Positions 11,571-20,802 of a stretch of DNA of 64,000 bases are shown one piece after another. Both the position numbers and the translations under genes were made by a program. The stretch lies in contig JAZRLB010000004.1 in NCBI GenBank assembly GCA_045646625.1, forward strand, positions 2,323 to 66,322. The letters are read 5' to 3'. The DNA is from Candidatus Enterousia sp. (lineage in GTDB: Bacteria > Pseudomonadota > Alphaproteobacteria > Rs-D84). The notes beneath the pieces were generated by a model that worked only from the letters and a program-made list of their open reading frames with translations, did no database searches and had not been told where the DNA came from. Each line of letters begins with the position of its first letter. Position 1 is the stretch's first letter.

Positions 11571-12161
11571 TTATTTCTTGTTGTCTTTGCGAACCAATAC
11601 ATAACCCAAGCCCGCAACCAAGACAATCAACAGACCCCAGAACCAGATTGTGCTGCCGCCATTTTCATTTTTTTTTGCGACTTCTTCTGTTTCTGCAACT
11701 TCGACCGCAGCGGCATTGTATTCGACAACTGCGTTTGCGCGATCTGAATGTTCTGACTTAAATTTTTCCGCATCTTCTGACATAGCTTTTTTATTTTCAG
11801 CTGCAGCTGCTTTTTGTTCATCAGACATATCCGCTTCGACGTGACCACGCAATGTGTCCTGCATAAAATCCGCATACCCCTGTTCGCATTTGTCACCAAT
11901 TACCAATACAGGGACCCCACCAGATTCAAATTCACATTTTTTCAATGCATCACGGAACATAGGCAAATTCGCTTCGTCCATTACATTAACAGCTGTCACC
12001 TTTAATTCTGGGTACTCGTAGACCAAGGTGTTAGAAATAAATTCACGCGCGTGGTGGCAATGTGGACAGGATGGTGAATAATATATCGTGACGTCTGCAG
12101 CAGATGCAGCACCAGCAAATGTTAAACCCATAACAGCAGATAAAAGTGATAATTTTTTCAT
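11571..12161 (-). CDS. periplasmic thioredoxin/glutaredoxin-fold protein (CPHC) with signal peptide and C-terminal TM anchor
   Basis: ATG at 12161 preceded by AAAGGAG; signal peptide MKKLSLLSAVMGLTFAGAASA; CPHC active-site motif; GVPVLVIG; acidic linker; C-terminal hydrophobic helix. Confidence 0.7.
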   Translation of the reverse strand: MKKLSLLSAVMGLTFAGAASAADVTIYYSPSCPHCHHAREFISNTLVYEYPELKVTAVNVMDEANLPMFRDALKKCEFESGGVPVLVIGDKCEQGYADFMQDTLRGHVEADMSDEQKAAAAENKKAMSEDAEKFKSEHSDRANAVVEYNAAAVEVAETEEVAKKNENGGSTIWFWGLLIVLVAGLGYVLVRKDNKK

Positions 12162-12294
12162 ATTTAATACTCCTTTCAATGGTTCGATTATAGAAAATAT
12201 TTTTATAAACGCGCAAGCAATTTTTAATAAAATTTTCCTGTTGAAAAAAATACAATATCAAACACAATATATTGTAAAAAAAAGGAGGTAATTT

Positions 12295-12882
12295 ATGTTT
12301 ATGCTGGCAGACTTTCCATTACCATACGCTTCAAATGCATTGGAACCATACATTTCACAAGAAACAATCGAAACGCATCACGGGAAACACGTTGCAGGAT
12401 ATATAAATAACCTGAATAATCTGATTGCGAATACACCGTATGAGTCTGTATCACTTGTGGACATAATTCAAAATTCTGCAGGCAACCCCGATGAACAAAA
12501 GATATTTAATAACGCAGCCCAGGTTTATAATCACGATTTCTTCTTTCACGGAATGTGCCCAAAATGTACCGCAGATATCCCAAATGAAATAATTGAACAA
12601 TTCGGCAGCGCAGAAAATTTTAAAAAGCAATTTAAAGATGCCGCCACAAGTGTCTTTGGCAGTGGATATACGTGGCTGGTGCGAGATGGTGATGAACTTC
12701 GAATTATAAACACCGCGAACGCGGACACGCCAATTGCACACAATATGAAACCAATTTTGAACATTGATGTTTGGGAACACGCATACTATTTAGACTATAA
12801 AAATAAACGCGCAGATTTTATCGATTCATTCTTGGATAATTTGGTAAACTGGGATTTCGTTGCAGAAAATTTAAACAAATAA
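12295..12882 (+). CDS. sodB: Fe/Mn superoxide dismutase
   Basis: LPYASNALEPYIS...HHGKH...DVWEHAYY signature residues. Confidence 0.9.
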   Translation: MFMLADFPLPYASNALEPYISQETIETHHGKHVAGYINNLNNLIANTPYESVSLVDIIQNSAGNPDEQKIFNNAAQVYNHDFFFHGMCPKCTADIPNEIIEQFGSAENFKKQFKDAATSVFGSGYTWLVRDGDELRIINTANADTPIAHNMKPILNIDVWEHAYYLDYKNKRADFIDSFLDNLVNWDFVAENLNK

Positions 12883-12909
12883 AATCCCCCATTTTGGGGG
12901 ATTTTTATT
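12881..12909. terminator. bidirectional intrinsic terminator
   Basis: aaaatcccccattttgggggattttt. Confidence 0.7.
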
Positions 12910-14653
12910 AATGTTCTTCGCCGGGGTGTTCGGGCTGATATATTTCGACATCACGCGTCATAGCCAGGAATTTGTCAGCACGACGTGTTGACAATTCTGC
13001 TAGTGGAATTTGCTGCAGTTCCTTAATCTGTTCTGCAACAGAAGTAGCCAACAGTTCCATCGTTGTTTGCCAATCTGTATGAGCCCCACCAGCCGGCTCG
13101 TGAATTATTTCATCAATTACATTCATATCTGCCATATCGCGTGCAGTCAATTTCATAGCCGCGGATGCGGTTGCACGGAATTTGTTATCACGCCATAGAA
13201 TACTGGCGCATGATTCCGGCGCAATAACTGAATAGATTGCGTTTTCCATCATCAGAACACGATCGCCCGTTCCAATCGCAATCGCACCACCAGAACCGCC
13301 CTGCCCCGTGTTAACAGCAACATATGGTGTACGCATTGACAGCCCCGCTGCAATTGATGACGCAACAGCCTGGGATTGACCACGTTCTTCTCCTTCGCGT
13401 CCCGCAAAGGCACCAGCCGTATCAAACAGTGAAATCAATGGTAAATTAAATTTTTCAGCCAACTTCATCATACGAATAGCCTTGCGATAACCGTCTGGAT
13501 TAGCCATACCAAAGCGATGTTTTTGACGCGTTTCGATTGTGCGCCCCTGTTCCTGGCCAATAATAACGGCCGGAATACCACGCCAGAAACCAATACCAGA
13601 ACCCATTGCCGCATCTTCGGAACATAATCTGTCGCCGGCCAGGTATGTCCACTCATCAACAATTCCGTTAATATAATCCAAGAAGTGCGGACGGTTTTCG
13701 TGACGCGCAAGCAATACTTTATCGTACGCCTCGGTTTCACCCATACCACGAATCTTTTTAGACGCATCGTGCGCGGGTGTTGTGGCGATAATTTGCTTTG
13801 GCTCGCGTTCTTGTTTGGTCAAAACAGCCAGAATTTTTACAAGCGCATTATGCAATTCGCCACGCGCAACAACCATATCAACCATTCCGTGTTCGTACAG
13901 ATATTCAGCAGTCTGGAAATTTGACGGCAATTTTTCACGAATATTCTGTTCAATTACGCGACGACCTGCGAACCCAATGCGCGCACCCTTTTCTGCAATA
14001 TGAATGTCGCCCAGCATTGCAAAGGACGCAGTAACGCCACCAAACGTCGGATCTGTTAACAGCACAATATACGGTATGCCATTGGCATGCAATTTGTTAA
14101 CAGCGACCGTTGTTCGTGCCATTTGCATTAACGACAATATGTTTTCCTGCATACGGGCACCGCCACTGGCTGTAACCATAACAAATGGACGATGTTCGGC
14201 CACTGCGTGCTCCATAGCCGCAACAATAGCATCCCCCGCAGCGCGCCCCATAGACCCCATCATAAACAAACCGTTCAAGACACATACTGTGGATGGAATT
14301 CCACCAATTGTGCCATCGGCCGTCGATACCGCATCATAACAACCCGTTTCAGAACGCGCATCCGCCAATCGTTCTGTGTATGCGACACGGTCCGTAAATT
14401 TTAATGGATCGTCGGACGCACTTGGCGGCACCAGTTTTTCCCAGGTATTGTCGTCAAACAGTAAATCAAAACGCTGTTTCGGGGTCATAATAAACGCACG
14501 ACCACAGCTGGGGCATATATATTTATTGTCTTTGTAATCTTTGTAATAAACCAGCTTTCCACAGGCTTCACACTTAATCCACATCAGGCGACGTACGCGT
14601 TCGTAGCGTTCACGATTACGATTTTTAATACCCGACTTTTTTCCAAACAGCAT
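12908..14653 (-). CDS. accDA: acetyl-CoA carboxylase carboxyltransferase, fused beta (AccD) - alpha (AccA) subunits in one polypeptide
   Basis: N-terminal AccD zinc ribbon CEACGK...CPSCG and FVMVTASGGARMQE; C-terminal half matches AccA from RPHFLDY...GQGGSGGAIAIG...APESCASILW. Confidence 0.85.
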   Translation of the reverse strand: MLFGKKSGIKNRNRERYERVRRLMWIKCEACGKLVYYKDYKDNKYICPSCGRAFIMTPKQRFDLLFDDNTWEKLVPPSASDDPLKFTDRVAYTERLADARSETGCYDAVSTADGTIGGIPSTVCVLNGLFMMGSMGRAAGDAIVAAMEHAVAEHRPFVMVTASGGARMQENILSLMQMARTTVAVNKLHANGIPYIVLLTDPTFGGVTASFAMLGDIHIAEKGARIGFAGRRVIEQNIREKLPSNFQTAEYLYEHGMVDMVVARGELHNALVKILAVLTKQEREPKQIIATTPAHDASKKIRGMGETEAYDKVLLARHENRPHFLDYINGIVDEWTYLAGDRLCSEDAAMGSGIGFWRGIPAVIIGQEQGRTIETRQKHRFGMANPDGYRKAIRMMKLAEKFNLPLISLFDTAGAFAGREGEERGQSQAVASSIAAGLSMRTPYVAVNTGQGGSGGAIAIGTGDRVLMMENAIYSVIAPESCASILWRDNKFRATASAAMKLTARDMADMNVIDEIIHEPAGGAHTDWQTTMELLATSVAEQIKELQQIPLAELSTRRADKFLAMTRDVEIYQPEHPGEEH

Positions 14654-14655
14654 AA

Positions 14656-14937
14656 TTATTGTCCATTCATCTTTTTAGTTAATTCACGACTGGGCTTGAA
14701 TAAAATAGTCGTGCTGGCCGGTAATGGCATTGGCTGGCCTGTACAGGGATTGTATCCAACCTTGGTCGCGCGGGCGCGTGGCTGGAATGTGCCAAAACCA
14801 CGAATTTCAATACGATCGCCGTTGGCAATAGATTCAATCATATGTTCGGATACTGTATCCAAAATCGCCGCCGCATCATTGGCGCGCATACGTTTGAAAC
14901 GAACCTGAATAGAACGTACAATGTCTGACCTTTTCAT
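14656..14937 (-). CDS. ihfB: integration host factor / HU family DNA-binding protein (IHF beta-like)
   Basis: 93 aa; IEIRGFGTF...R..GYNPCTG arm motif. Confidence 0.75.
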   Translation of the reverse strand: MKRSDIVRSIQVRFKRMRANDAAAILDTVSEHMIESIANGDRIEIRGFGTFQPRARATKVGYNPCTGQPMPLPASTTILFKPSRELTKKMNGQ

Positions 14938-15083
14938 ATCTTATATCCTTTATTCTTGCCCTTTATTATTCATATCTTAGCACATTTTATCAAGAATAAA
15001 GTTTTTTATTTATTTGGAATACGTTCCTGTGCCCAAAATTCAATAAAAATGATAAATTATTCGTATAGGAACAAGGAAAAATT

Positions 15084-15803
15084 ATGGATGAATTATTCGA
15101 CTTGTACAATCAAAACACACAAACAGGAATAACTTTAATGCCATTAATTGGCGACCCAGCACCTAAATTCAGCGCCAGCACCACAAATGGACCAATACAA
15201 TTCCCAGACGACTTTGCAGGAAAATGGATTGTATTATTTTCACACCCGTCAGATTTTACTCCGGTTTGCACATCTGAATTCATTGCGTTCCAGCGTGAAA
15301 TAGACGAATTTGAAAAGCTGAATGTGCAGTTGGTTGGTTTGTCTGTTGGGGCGTTGTCTTCTCATTTAGCATGGTTCAATACAATCGAAACAATGCCAGG
15401 CGGCATAAAAATAACGTTTCCGCTGATTGATGATATGGGCGGAAAAATTGCAAAACTATACGGAATGATTCAGCCAAACGCATCTGACACACACGCCGTA
15501 CGTGCGGTATTTATTATTGACCCTAATGGCATAATTCGTGCGATTTTATACTATCCTGCGGTCCTGGGGCGCAATATCGAAGAAATTAAACGAATGATTA
15601 TTGGTTTACAGACAGGTGACGCGTTTAAAGTTGCAGTTCCTGTAAATTGGATGCCAGGCGATGATGTTTTACGTCCAGCCCCAGGCACCGCAGATGCAAT
15701 GCGACGCGCCAATGATAATAACCCTTGGTTTATGACATATAAAAAGTTGGATAAAAATGCTGTTCTTAGGAAAATCTGCAAACAAAAAAACGCCAAGAAA
15801 TAA
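15084..15803 (+). CDS. 1-Cys peroxiredoxin (Prx6-like)
   Basis: FTPVCTSE peroxidatic Cys motif, thioredoxin fold length about 220 aa. Confidence 0.85.
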   Translation: MDELFDLYNQNTQTGITLMPLIGDPAPKFSASTTNGPIQFPDDFAGKWIVLFSHPSDFTPVCTSEFIAFQREIDEFEKLNVQLVGLSVGALSSHLAWFNTIETMPGGIKITFPLIDDMGGKIAKLYGMIQPNASDTHAVRAVFIIDPNGIIRAILYYPAVLGRNIEEIKRMIIGLQTGDAFKVAVPVNWMPGDDVLRPAPGTADAMRRANDNNPWFMTYKKLDKNAVLRKICKQKNAKK

Positions 15804-15835
15804 TCCAGGCGCAGACAAACCGATATATTTCTGGT

Positions 15836-16231
15836 TCAAAATACCAGCGGAAAATCGCGTATATCCATGGGCACGCCGTCACGTTCGGGATCCCATTGAA
15901 AATCCGTCATAATGACACGTTTTTCACGGTCAAATTTGACACCTTCGCTTTTCAATGCGCGATACTGTTCGGTGGCCATTCCACAGCATAACGAACCGTC
16001 TTTGAATACAACACGATGCCACGGAAGATGCCATGAGGCCTTGTTATTAGATGCATAGCCAACGAAACGCGCCATACGCGGTCGGCCAATCATAGCCGCA
16101 ATTTGACCGAATGATGCAACACGGCCGTATGGGATGCGTGCAACAGTATCATAAACTTTTTCATTAAATGTTTTTTCCATAATTTTCAGTTTATCAGCCA
16201 AGAATAAAAAGTCAAATTTTTGGCCTTGCAA
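15836..16231 (-). CDS. alkyltransferase-like protein (MGMT DNA-binding domain with Trp replacing active-site Cys)
   Basis: PWHRVV in place of PCHRV; helix-turn-helix SFGQIAAMIG. Confidence 0.7.
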   Translation of the reverse strand: MQGQKFDFLFLADKLKIMEKTFNEKVYDTVARIPYGRVASFGQIAAMIGRPRMARFVGYASNNKASWHLPWHRVVFKDGSLCCGMATEQYRALKSEGVKFDREKRVIMTDFQWDPERDGVPMDIRDFPLVF

Positions 16232-16263
16232 AATAATCCCAGGATGGTTATAATGGCGGGCAC

Positions 16264-16354
16264 GGAGACGTGGCAGAGCGGTTGAATGCGCGCGACTCGA
16301 AATCGTGTATACGGCAACCCCGTATCAAGGGTTCAAATCCCTTCGTCTCCGCCA
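16264..16354 (+). tRNA. tRNA-Ser (anticodon CGA)
   Basis: Acceptor GGAGACG/CGTCTCC, T-arm AAGGGTTCAAATCCCTT, long variable arm, anticodon loop CTCGAAA, CCA end. Confidence 0.9.
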
Positions 16355-16361
16355 GAATTTA

Positions 16362-16386
16362 CCCCGCATTTCGCGGGGTGTTTTAT
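16362..16386. terminator. intrinsic terminator after tRNA-Ser (also serves convergent ABC gene)
   Basis: ccccgcatttcgcgggg + tgtttt. Confidence 0.65.
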
Positions 16387-16391
16387 TGCGA

Positions 16392-18206
16392 TTATTCTTG
16401 GATAAATCCACCGGACTGCATTTTCCACAGACGCGCATATTCGCCGCCACGACGCAATAATGTGGAATGGGCGCCCTGCTCGACCACGCGACCGTCTTTT
16501 AAGACGACTATGCGGTCCATATTGCGCAATGTGGACAGGCGGTGCGCAATTGCCAATGTAGTGCGACCGGCCGCCAATTCATCAAATGATTTCTGGATAC
16601 AGACCTCGGTTTCACTATCAAGGGCGGATGTGGCCTCGTCCAGAATCAAGATTGGGGCATTTTTCAAAAATGCACGCGCGATTGCGACGCGTTGACGTTG
16701 ACCGCCAGACAATTTGATTCCGCGGTCGCCGACCATAGAATCGTATTTCTTATCCGTTCCCATAATAAATTTGTGTGCCATGGCACGTTTAGATGCCGTA
16801 CGAATTTCACGGTCGGTTGCGCCAGGTTTGCCATATTCAATGTTTTCACGCAGGGTACGGTTGAACATTGTTGGTTCCTGGGGGATGAACGCAATTGATT
16901 CGCGCAAGGAATCTTGGGTCACATCACGAATATTTTGCCCGTCAATCAGGATTTCGCCGTGCGTTGGGTCATAGAAGCGCATTAACAGGTTCACCAACGT
17001 GGTCTTGCCTGCACCCGACGGACCAACCAAGCCGACGCGTTCGCCGCACTTGACTTTCAAATTGAAATTCCGCAGGACCCATTTGCGTTTGTATTTGAAC
17101 GAAACGTTTCGGAATTCAATTTCCCCACACGACACGGACAAAGCCGGCGCATTCGGCGCATCCATAACATCAATCGGGACCGCCAATTCTTCATAGGCAC
17201 GCGAGGCCGCCCCCAGAGTATCTGTAATATTTGGAATCTGGTTTACAATCTGACCAATTGTTCCCATAACCGTAAAGAACACAGAATTTGTAAACACGAT
17301 TTCTGCAACCGTTATTTTGTTATTCATATACAACCATACACACAGCAACAACGTTATGCCATAGCATATATCCCAGACAACCATAGGAAAACCCCAAAAC
17401 CAACGCTGGATATAATATTTGTACTTGTGTGCACGGACCGCCTTTTGACGCGACGGTTCCAGATATGCACGTTCGCGAGAAACACCCGCAAACAACTTGA
17501 CAACAGAAAAGTTTGAAATACTGTCCACGCTCTTCCCAGAAACCTCGCTGTTTGCACTGCTGTAATCTTTGGCGGATTTGTTCATTGGCTTTACCATCAC
17601 CCAACTGTATGTGGCACGAAAAACGAAAACAATCCCAAACATTATCGCAACATAGGTGTTGATAGAAAATATCAAACCCATATTAACGATAATCACCGCA
17701 AACAGACAAACAATACGCCAAAAATCAACGATGGCATCAAAGCCCTTGGTGACATACAAAATCTGGGTATGAACTTTGCCCGCCATTCGCCCCGTCCAAA
17801 ACGATATGGACTGGGAGTGAACATAATCGCTGAGCTCTGTCCAAATACGGTTTGATACAATTGGTTGCCAGCGAGCATAAAAAACACTGCGCAATAAAGC
17901 ACTGATATCTATTACCAATAACAGAACAACTATTAAAATAATTGTTGGCAGCGCGTGTGCCATAAAGGTCGTTCCAGCAGGTACAGGATTTTCAAACAGG
18001 CTGATAAACCAACGCTGAAAATTTGGGAACAGAACACCATCCATTGACACAATGAAAAAGAATATCGCCCAGGCAATAAGCGCGCCCCAAGAGCCCGGCA
18101 CCGCGTATTTGAAATAAAATTTCCACAGGGAACGCGGCAAGACCGCACTCTGTATTTTAGATTTTTTATTGGTTTTTTGTGATTTTCCAATGATTCTGTG
18201 TAACAT
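16392..18206 (-). CDS. ABC exporter, fused permease/ATPase (MsbA/lipid A exporter-like)
   Basis: Six N-terminal TM helices; Walker A GPSGAGKTT, signature LSGGQRQRVAIARA, Walker B ILILDEATSALD. Confidence 0.85.
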   Translation of the reverse strand: MLHRIIGKSQKTNKKSKIQSAVLPRSLWKFYFKYAVPGSWGALIAWAIFFFIVSMDGVLFPNFQRWFISLFENPVPAGTTFMAHALPTIILIVVLLLVIDISALLRSVFYARWQPIVSNRIWTELSDYVHSQSISFWTGRMAGKVHTQILYVTKGFDAIVDFWRIVCLFAVIIVNMGLIFSINTYVAIMFGIVFVFRATYSWVMVKPMNKSAKDYSSANSEVSGKSVDSISNFSVVKLFAGVSRERAYLEPSRQKAVRAHKYKYYIQRWFWGFPMVVWDICYGITLLLCVWLYMNNKITVAEIVFTNSVFFTVMGTIGQIVNQIPNITDTLGAASRAYEELAVPIDVMDAPNAPALSVSCGEIEFRNVSFKYKRKWVLRNFNLKVKCGERVGLVGPSGAGKTTLVNLLMRFYDPTHGEILIDGQNIRDVTQDSLRESIAFIPQEPTMFNRTLRENIEYGKPGATDREIRTASKRAMAHKFIMGTDKKYDSMVGDRGIKLSGGQRQRVAIARAFLKNAPILILDEATSALDSETEVCIQKSFDELAAGRTTLAIAHRLSTLRNMDRIVVLKDGRVVEQGAHSTLLRRGGEYARLWKMQSGGFIQE

Positions 18207-18370
18207 TTTATTATTCCCTTTTGGAAAAAATTAATATTTTTGCCCCCCTTACAAAACAGGAAACACTAAATGTAGAACAGCAACATCATTTAATAAATCC
18301 TTTGGCCGATTTAAATTACGTGCTATTTTAAGCAAAAAAGCAGACATAAGTCCAGTACTTTTTCGGCCAC

Positions 18371-18399
18371 AAAAAAGGAATCCCGCCAGTTTGGCGGGA
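18371..18399 (-). terminator. intrinsic terminator downstream of GT6 gene
   Basis: tcccgccagtttggcggga hairpin followed by T-run on minus strand. Confidence 0.6.
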
Positions 18400-18402
18400 A
18401 AC

Positions 18403-19284
18403 TTAGATGGAACCAAAGTAATTTCTAACCCGACGGCGCAATTTGCGTGTCGGCATTAAAAACGCACCCCATTTACACCCAGGTATCATAACATTGCGAA
18501 CGAACCAGTTGTTCGGTATTCTGCGTTCAGACTGGCCACGCAGCCAGCGAACACCGCCGTATTTCGGATGTTCTTTGTGACGCGATATAACCTTGACCAT
18601 TGGCATTTCAACAGTGTTTACGTGCTTTAATTTACCTTCGGGGAAACCATAGGCACGACCGCACAGCAGATATTCTTTGTCGATCAAGTATGCGTTCAAA
18701 TGAGATTCATCGTCAACACGCGCAACAATGTTATTAGCCAAATCTATTTCGATGTTCTTTTTCAATTTTCTGCACATTTTCAAGAACGCTTCTGATGTGC
18801 CGCCATTGAATGCGCCACAAACATAGTGCTTGCCCTTGCCATATGGCACAAATGCAGTTGATTCGGGGCGACGTTCATAACCGAAACTGTCTGGATTGCC
18901 CGCAAAGACATCGCCACTGCGACCAGGATGACTGCCTGCAACAAGCCCATCATGCCATTCGCACGGTGTAATTTCAGATAAATCCACTGGGTTTACGAAC
19001 TGCATATTCGCGTTAAAAAAGTAGATATAGTCAAAATCTTTTAATTCCTTTTCACGCTGAAGGAACATATCAAAGCGCAGCAATGTGTCATATGGCCAAC
19101 CCTTTTTCTGGGCAGGTGTAATGTGTACGTTTGGTGCGTCCGAGTGGTCAAAATTTTCATTGTCGGTCCAAATAAAGTACTGCTTTTCACAAGGGCCTAG
19201 ATATTTTTCACAAGATTCATAAAAATCTTTCCAAAAAGAAATATATCGCCCCAGTGCAATGTATAAAATGGCAACTTTTTTCAT
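18403..19284 (-). CDS. glycosyltransferase family 6 (histo-blood-group A/B transferase-like), bacterial NXN variant
   Basis: DYIYFFNANMQF (NXN at the DXD position), YERRPESTAFVP, CGAFNGG, DDESHLNAYL all align with conserved GT6 blocks. Confidence 0.8.
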   Translation of the reverse strand: MKKVAILYIALGRYISFWKDFYESCEKYLGPCEKQYFIWTDNENFDHSDAPNVHITPAQKKGWPYDTLLRFDMFLQREKELKDFDYIYFFNANMQFVNPVDLSEITPCEWHDGLVAGSHPGRSGDVFAGNPDSFGYERRPESTAFVPYGKGKHYVCGAFNGGTSEAFLKMCRKLKKNIEIDLANNIVARVDDESHLNAYLIDKEYLLCGRAYGFPEGKLKHVNTVEMPMVKVISRHKEHPKYGGVRWLRGQSERRIPNNWFVRNVMIPGCKWGAFLMPTRKLRRRVRNYFGSI

Positions 19285-19568
19285 AAAAAACCCCTATATT
19301 TTGCAGCATAAGAATCGGGAAGTTCGACAAGACAGATAACCTTGACCTTGTGGTTTTGGGATACATAGATTACACCCGTTGCGTAGCCACAACCGCCCGT
19401 CTGTTATGTCGGGACAGTTAGTCAAAACAATTAAGTGTTAGTTATCTGGGTTATCGACGCCCAACTGTTAACTGACACGAATATGATATCGGAATATTTT
19501 CATAAACGCAATCATATATTCCTGAAATACGCTTGAATGGTTTTTCAATTTTTGCTATAATCCATTCT

Positions 19569-20738
19569 ATGAAAATCACCCGCAGAAATCTTTTGAAAAT
19601 TACAGGTGTATCAATTTTGGCGGCGGCGACATTGCCGCGCGTGGCATTTGCGGCACGAAATTCACTGAAATCACTGCGCACAGGCGTTCAACCAGGCGAC
19701 AAAACCAGACTGGTGATTGAAACGACGTCACGTCCATCATATTCGTTGGCGTATCCAAATGGGCAACTGGTGATTAATATCGCAAACACCGCTGCAAACA
19801 CCACGGTGACGGCAAATTTGGCGGCGGGTGGCCTGGTCAAATCTATTGCCCAGGCACAAAATGGCGACAGTTTACAAATCATCGCAAATTTAAAGCAGTC
19901 CATCGCACAGATTCCAAAGTCATCAATTATGATTCTGGAACCAAATGGTGACAATGATTACCGTTTGGTGCTGGATTTTGTGGCGGGCACAACAGGTTCA
20001 TCCAAAAAGGAAACGTACACAACCACTTCGGCCGCCACAACAACCGCGGTGACGGCAGCAAGAAAATATGTCATTGTCATTGATGCAGGCCACGGCGGCA
20101 AGGATCCAGGATGTATCGGCAAGGGCGGGACACGCGAAAAAGATGTCGTACTGTCGGTGGCAAAAAAACTGAAAAACAAATTGGATGCAAATGGATTTAA
20201 GACACACCTGACACGCAGTGGGGATACATATCTGAAATTGGCAGAACGTGCCGCAATCGCAGAAAAACGTAAGGCAGATTTGTTTATATCACTGCATGCG
20301 AATGCGAACCCCAGCCGAAAAATGAAGGGCTTTTCGATTTATACCCTGTCAGAAAAGGCGTCCGACGAAGAAGCAAAAAAGCTGGCCGAAGCAGAAAATG
20401 CCGCAGATAAAATCGGGGTCGAAGGTTTTACACAATTTGAAGAAAACATCCGAATTGCGCTGTCATCCCTGCAGCAACATGCGGTCGCAGAAATGAGCGA
20501 AGAATACGCTACGGGATGCGCTAAGTCATTCAAACGTGCCGACATTGAACAACAGCCAGGCCCAGACGTACGTCACGCACCATTCGCGGTATTACGTTCC
20601 ACTGTACCAGGGGCACTGTTGGAACTGGGGCATCTGTCAAATGCGAACGAAGAAAAATTATTAAAATCAGGTAAGCATCAGGATAAACTGGTGGCGGCAA
20701 TTGTAAAATCTGTGAAAAATTATAATTTTGAAGTATAG
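19569..20738 (+). CDS. amiC: N-acetylmuramoyl-L-alanine amidase (AMIN + Amidase_3 domains), Tat-type signal
   Basis: TRRNLLK twin-Arg signal; AMIN-like beta region; IVIDAGHGGKDPG...LFISLHANA catalytic Zn-binding motifs. Confidence 0.85.
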   Translation: MKITRRNLLKITGVSILAAATLPRVAFAARNSLKSLRTGVQPGDKTRLVIETTSRPSYSLAYPNGQLVINIANTAANTTVTANLAAGGLVKSIAQAQNGDSLQIIANLKQSIAQIPKSSIMILEPNGDNDYRLVLDFVAGTTGSSKKETYTTTSAATTTAVTAARKYVIVIDAGHGGKDPGCIGKGGTREKDVVLSVAKKLKNKLDANGFKTHLTRSGDTYLKLAERAAIAEKRKADLFISLHANANPSRKMKGFSIYTLSEKASDEEAKKLAEAENAADKIGVEGFTQFEENIRIALSSLQQHAVAEMSEEYATGCAKSFKRADIEQQPGPDVRHAPFAVLRSTVPGALLELGHLSNANEEKLLKSGKHQDKLVAAIVKSVKNYNFEV

Positions 20739-20802
20739 CGACCATTGACAACTGCATATTTTTTCTTAAATAACTATATAGTTATGTGCAGGGAATTTTG
20801 TA

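Noticed and set aside
16270-16695. 141-aa ORF on + strand
   Set aside because: Its 5' end is the tRNA-Ser gene and the rest is antisense to the ABC exporter; spurious.
19285-19568. Possible tmRNA/ncRNA in the GT6-amiC intergenic region (GCAGCATAA resembling an AA-stop tag end)
   Set aside because: No tRNA-like T-arm/acceptor could be identified; region reads as divergent promoters, with a TATAAT at about 19555 for amiC.
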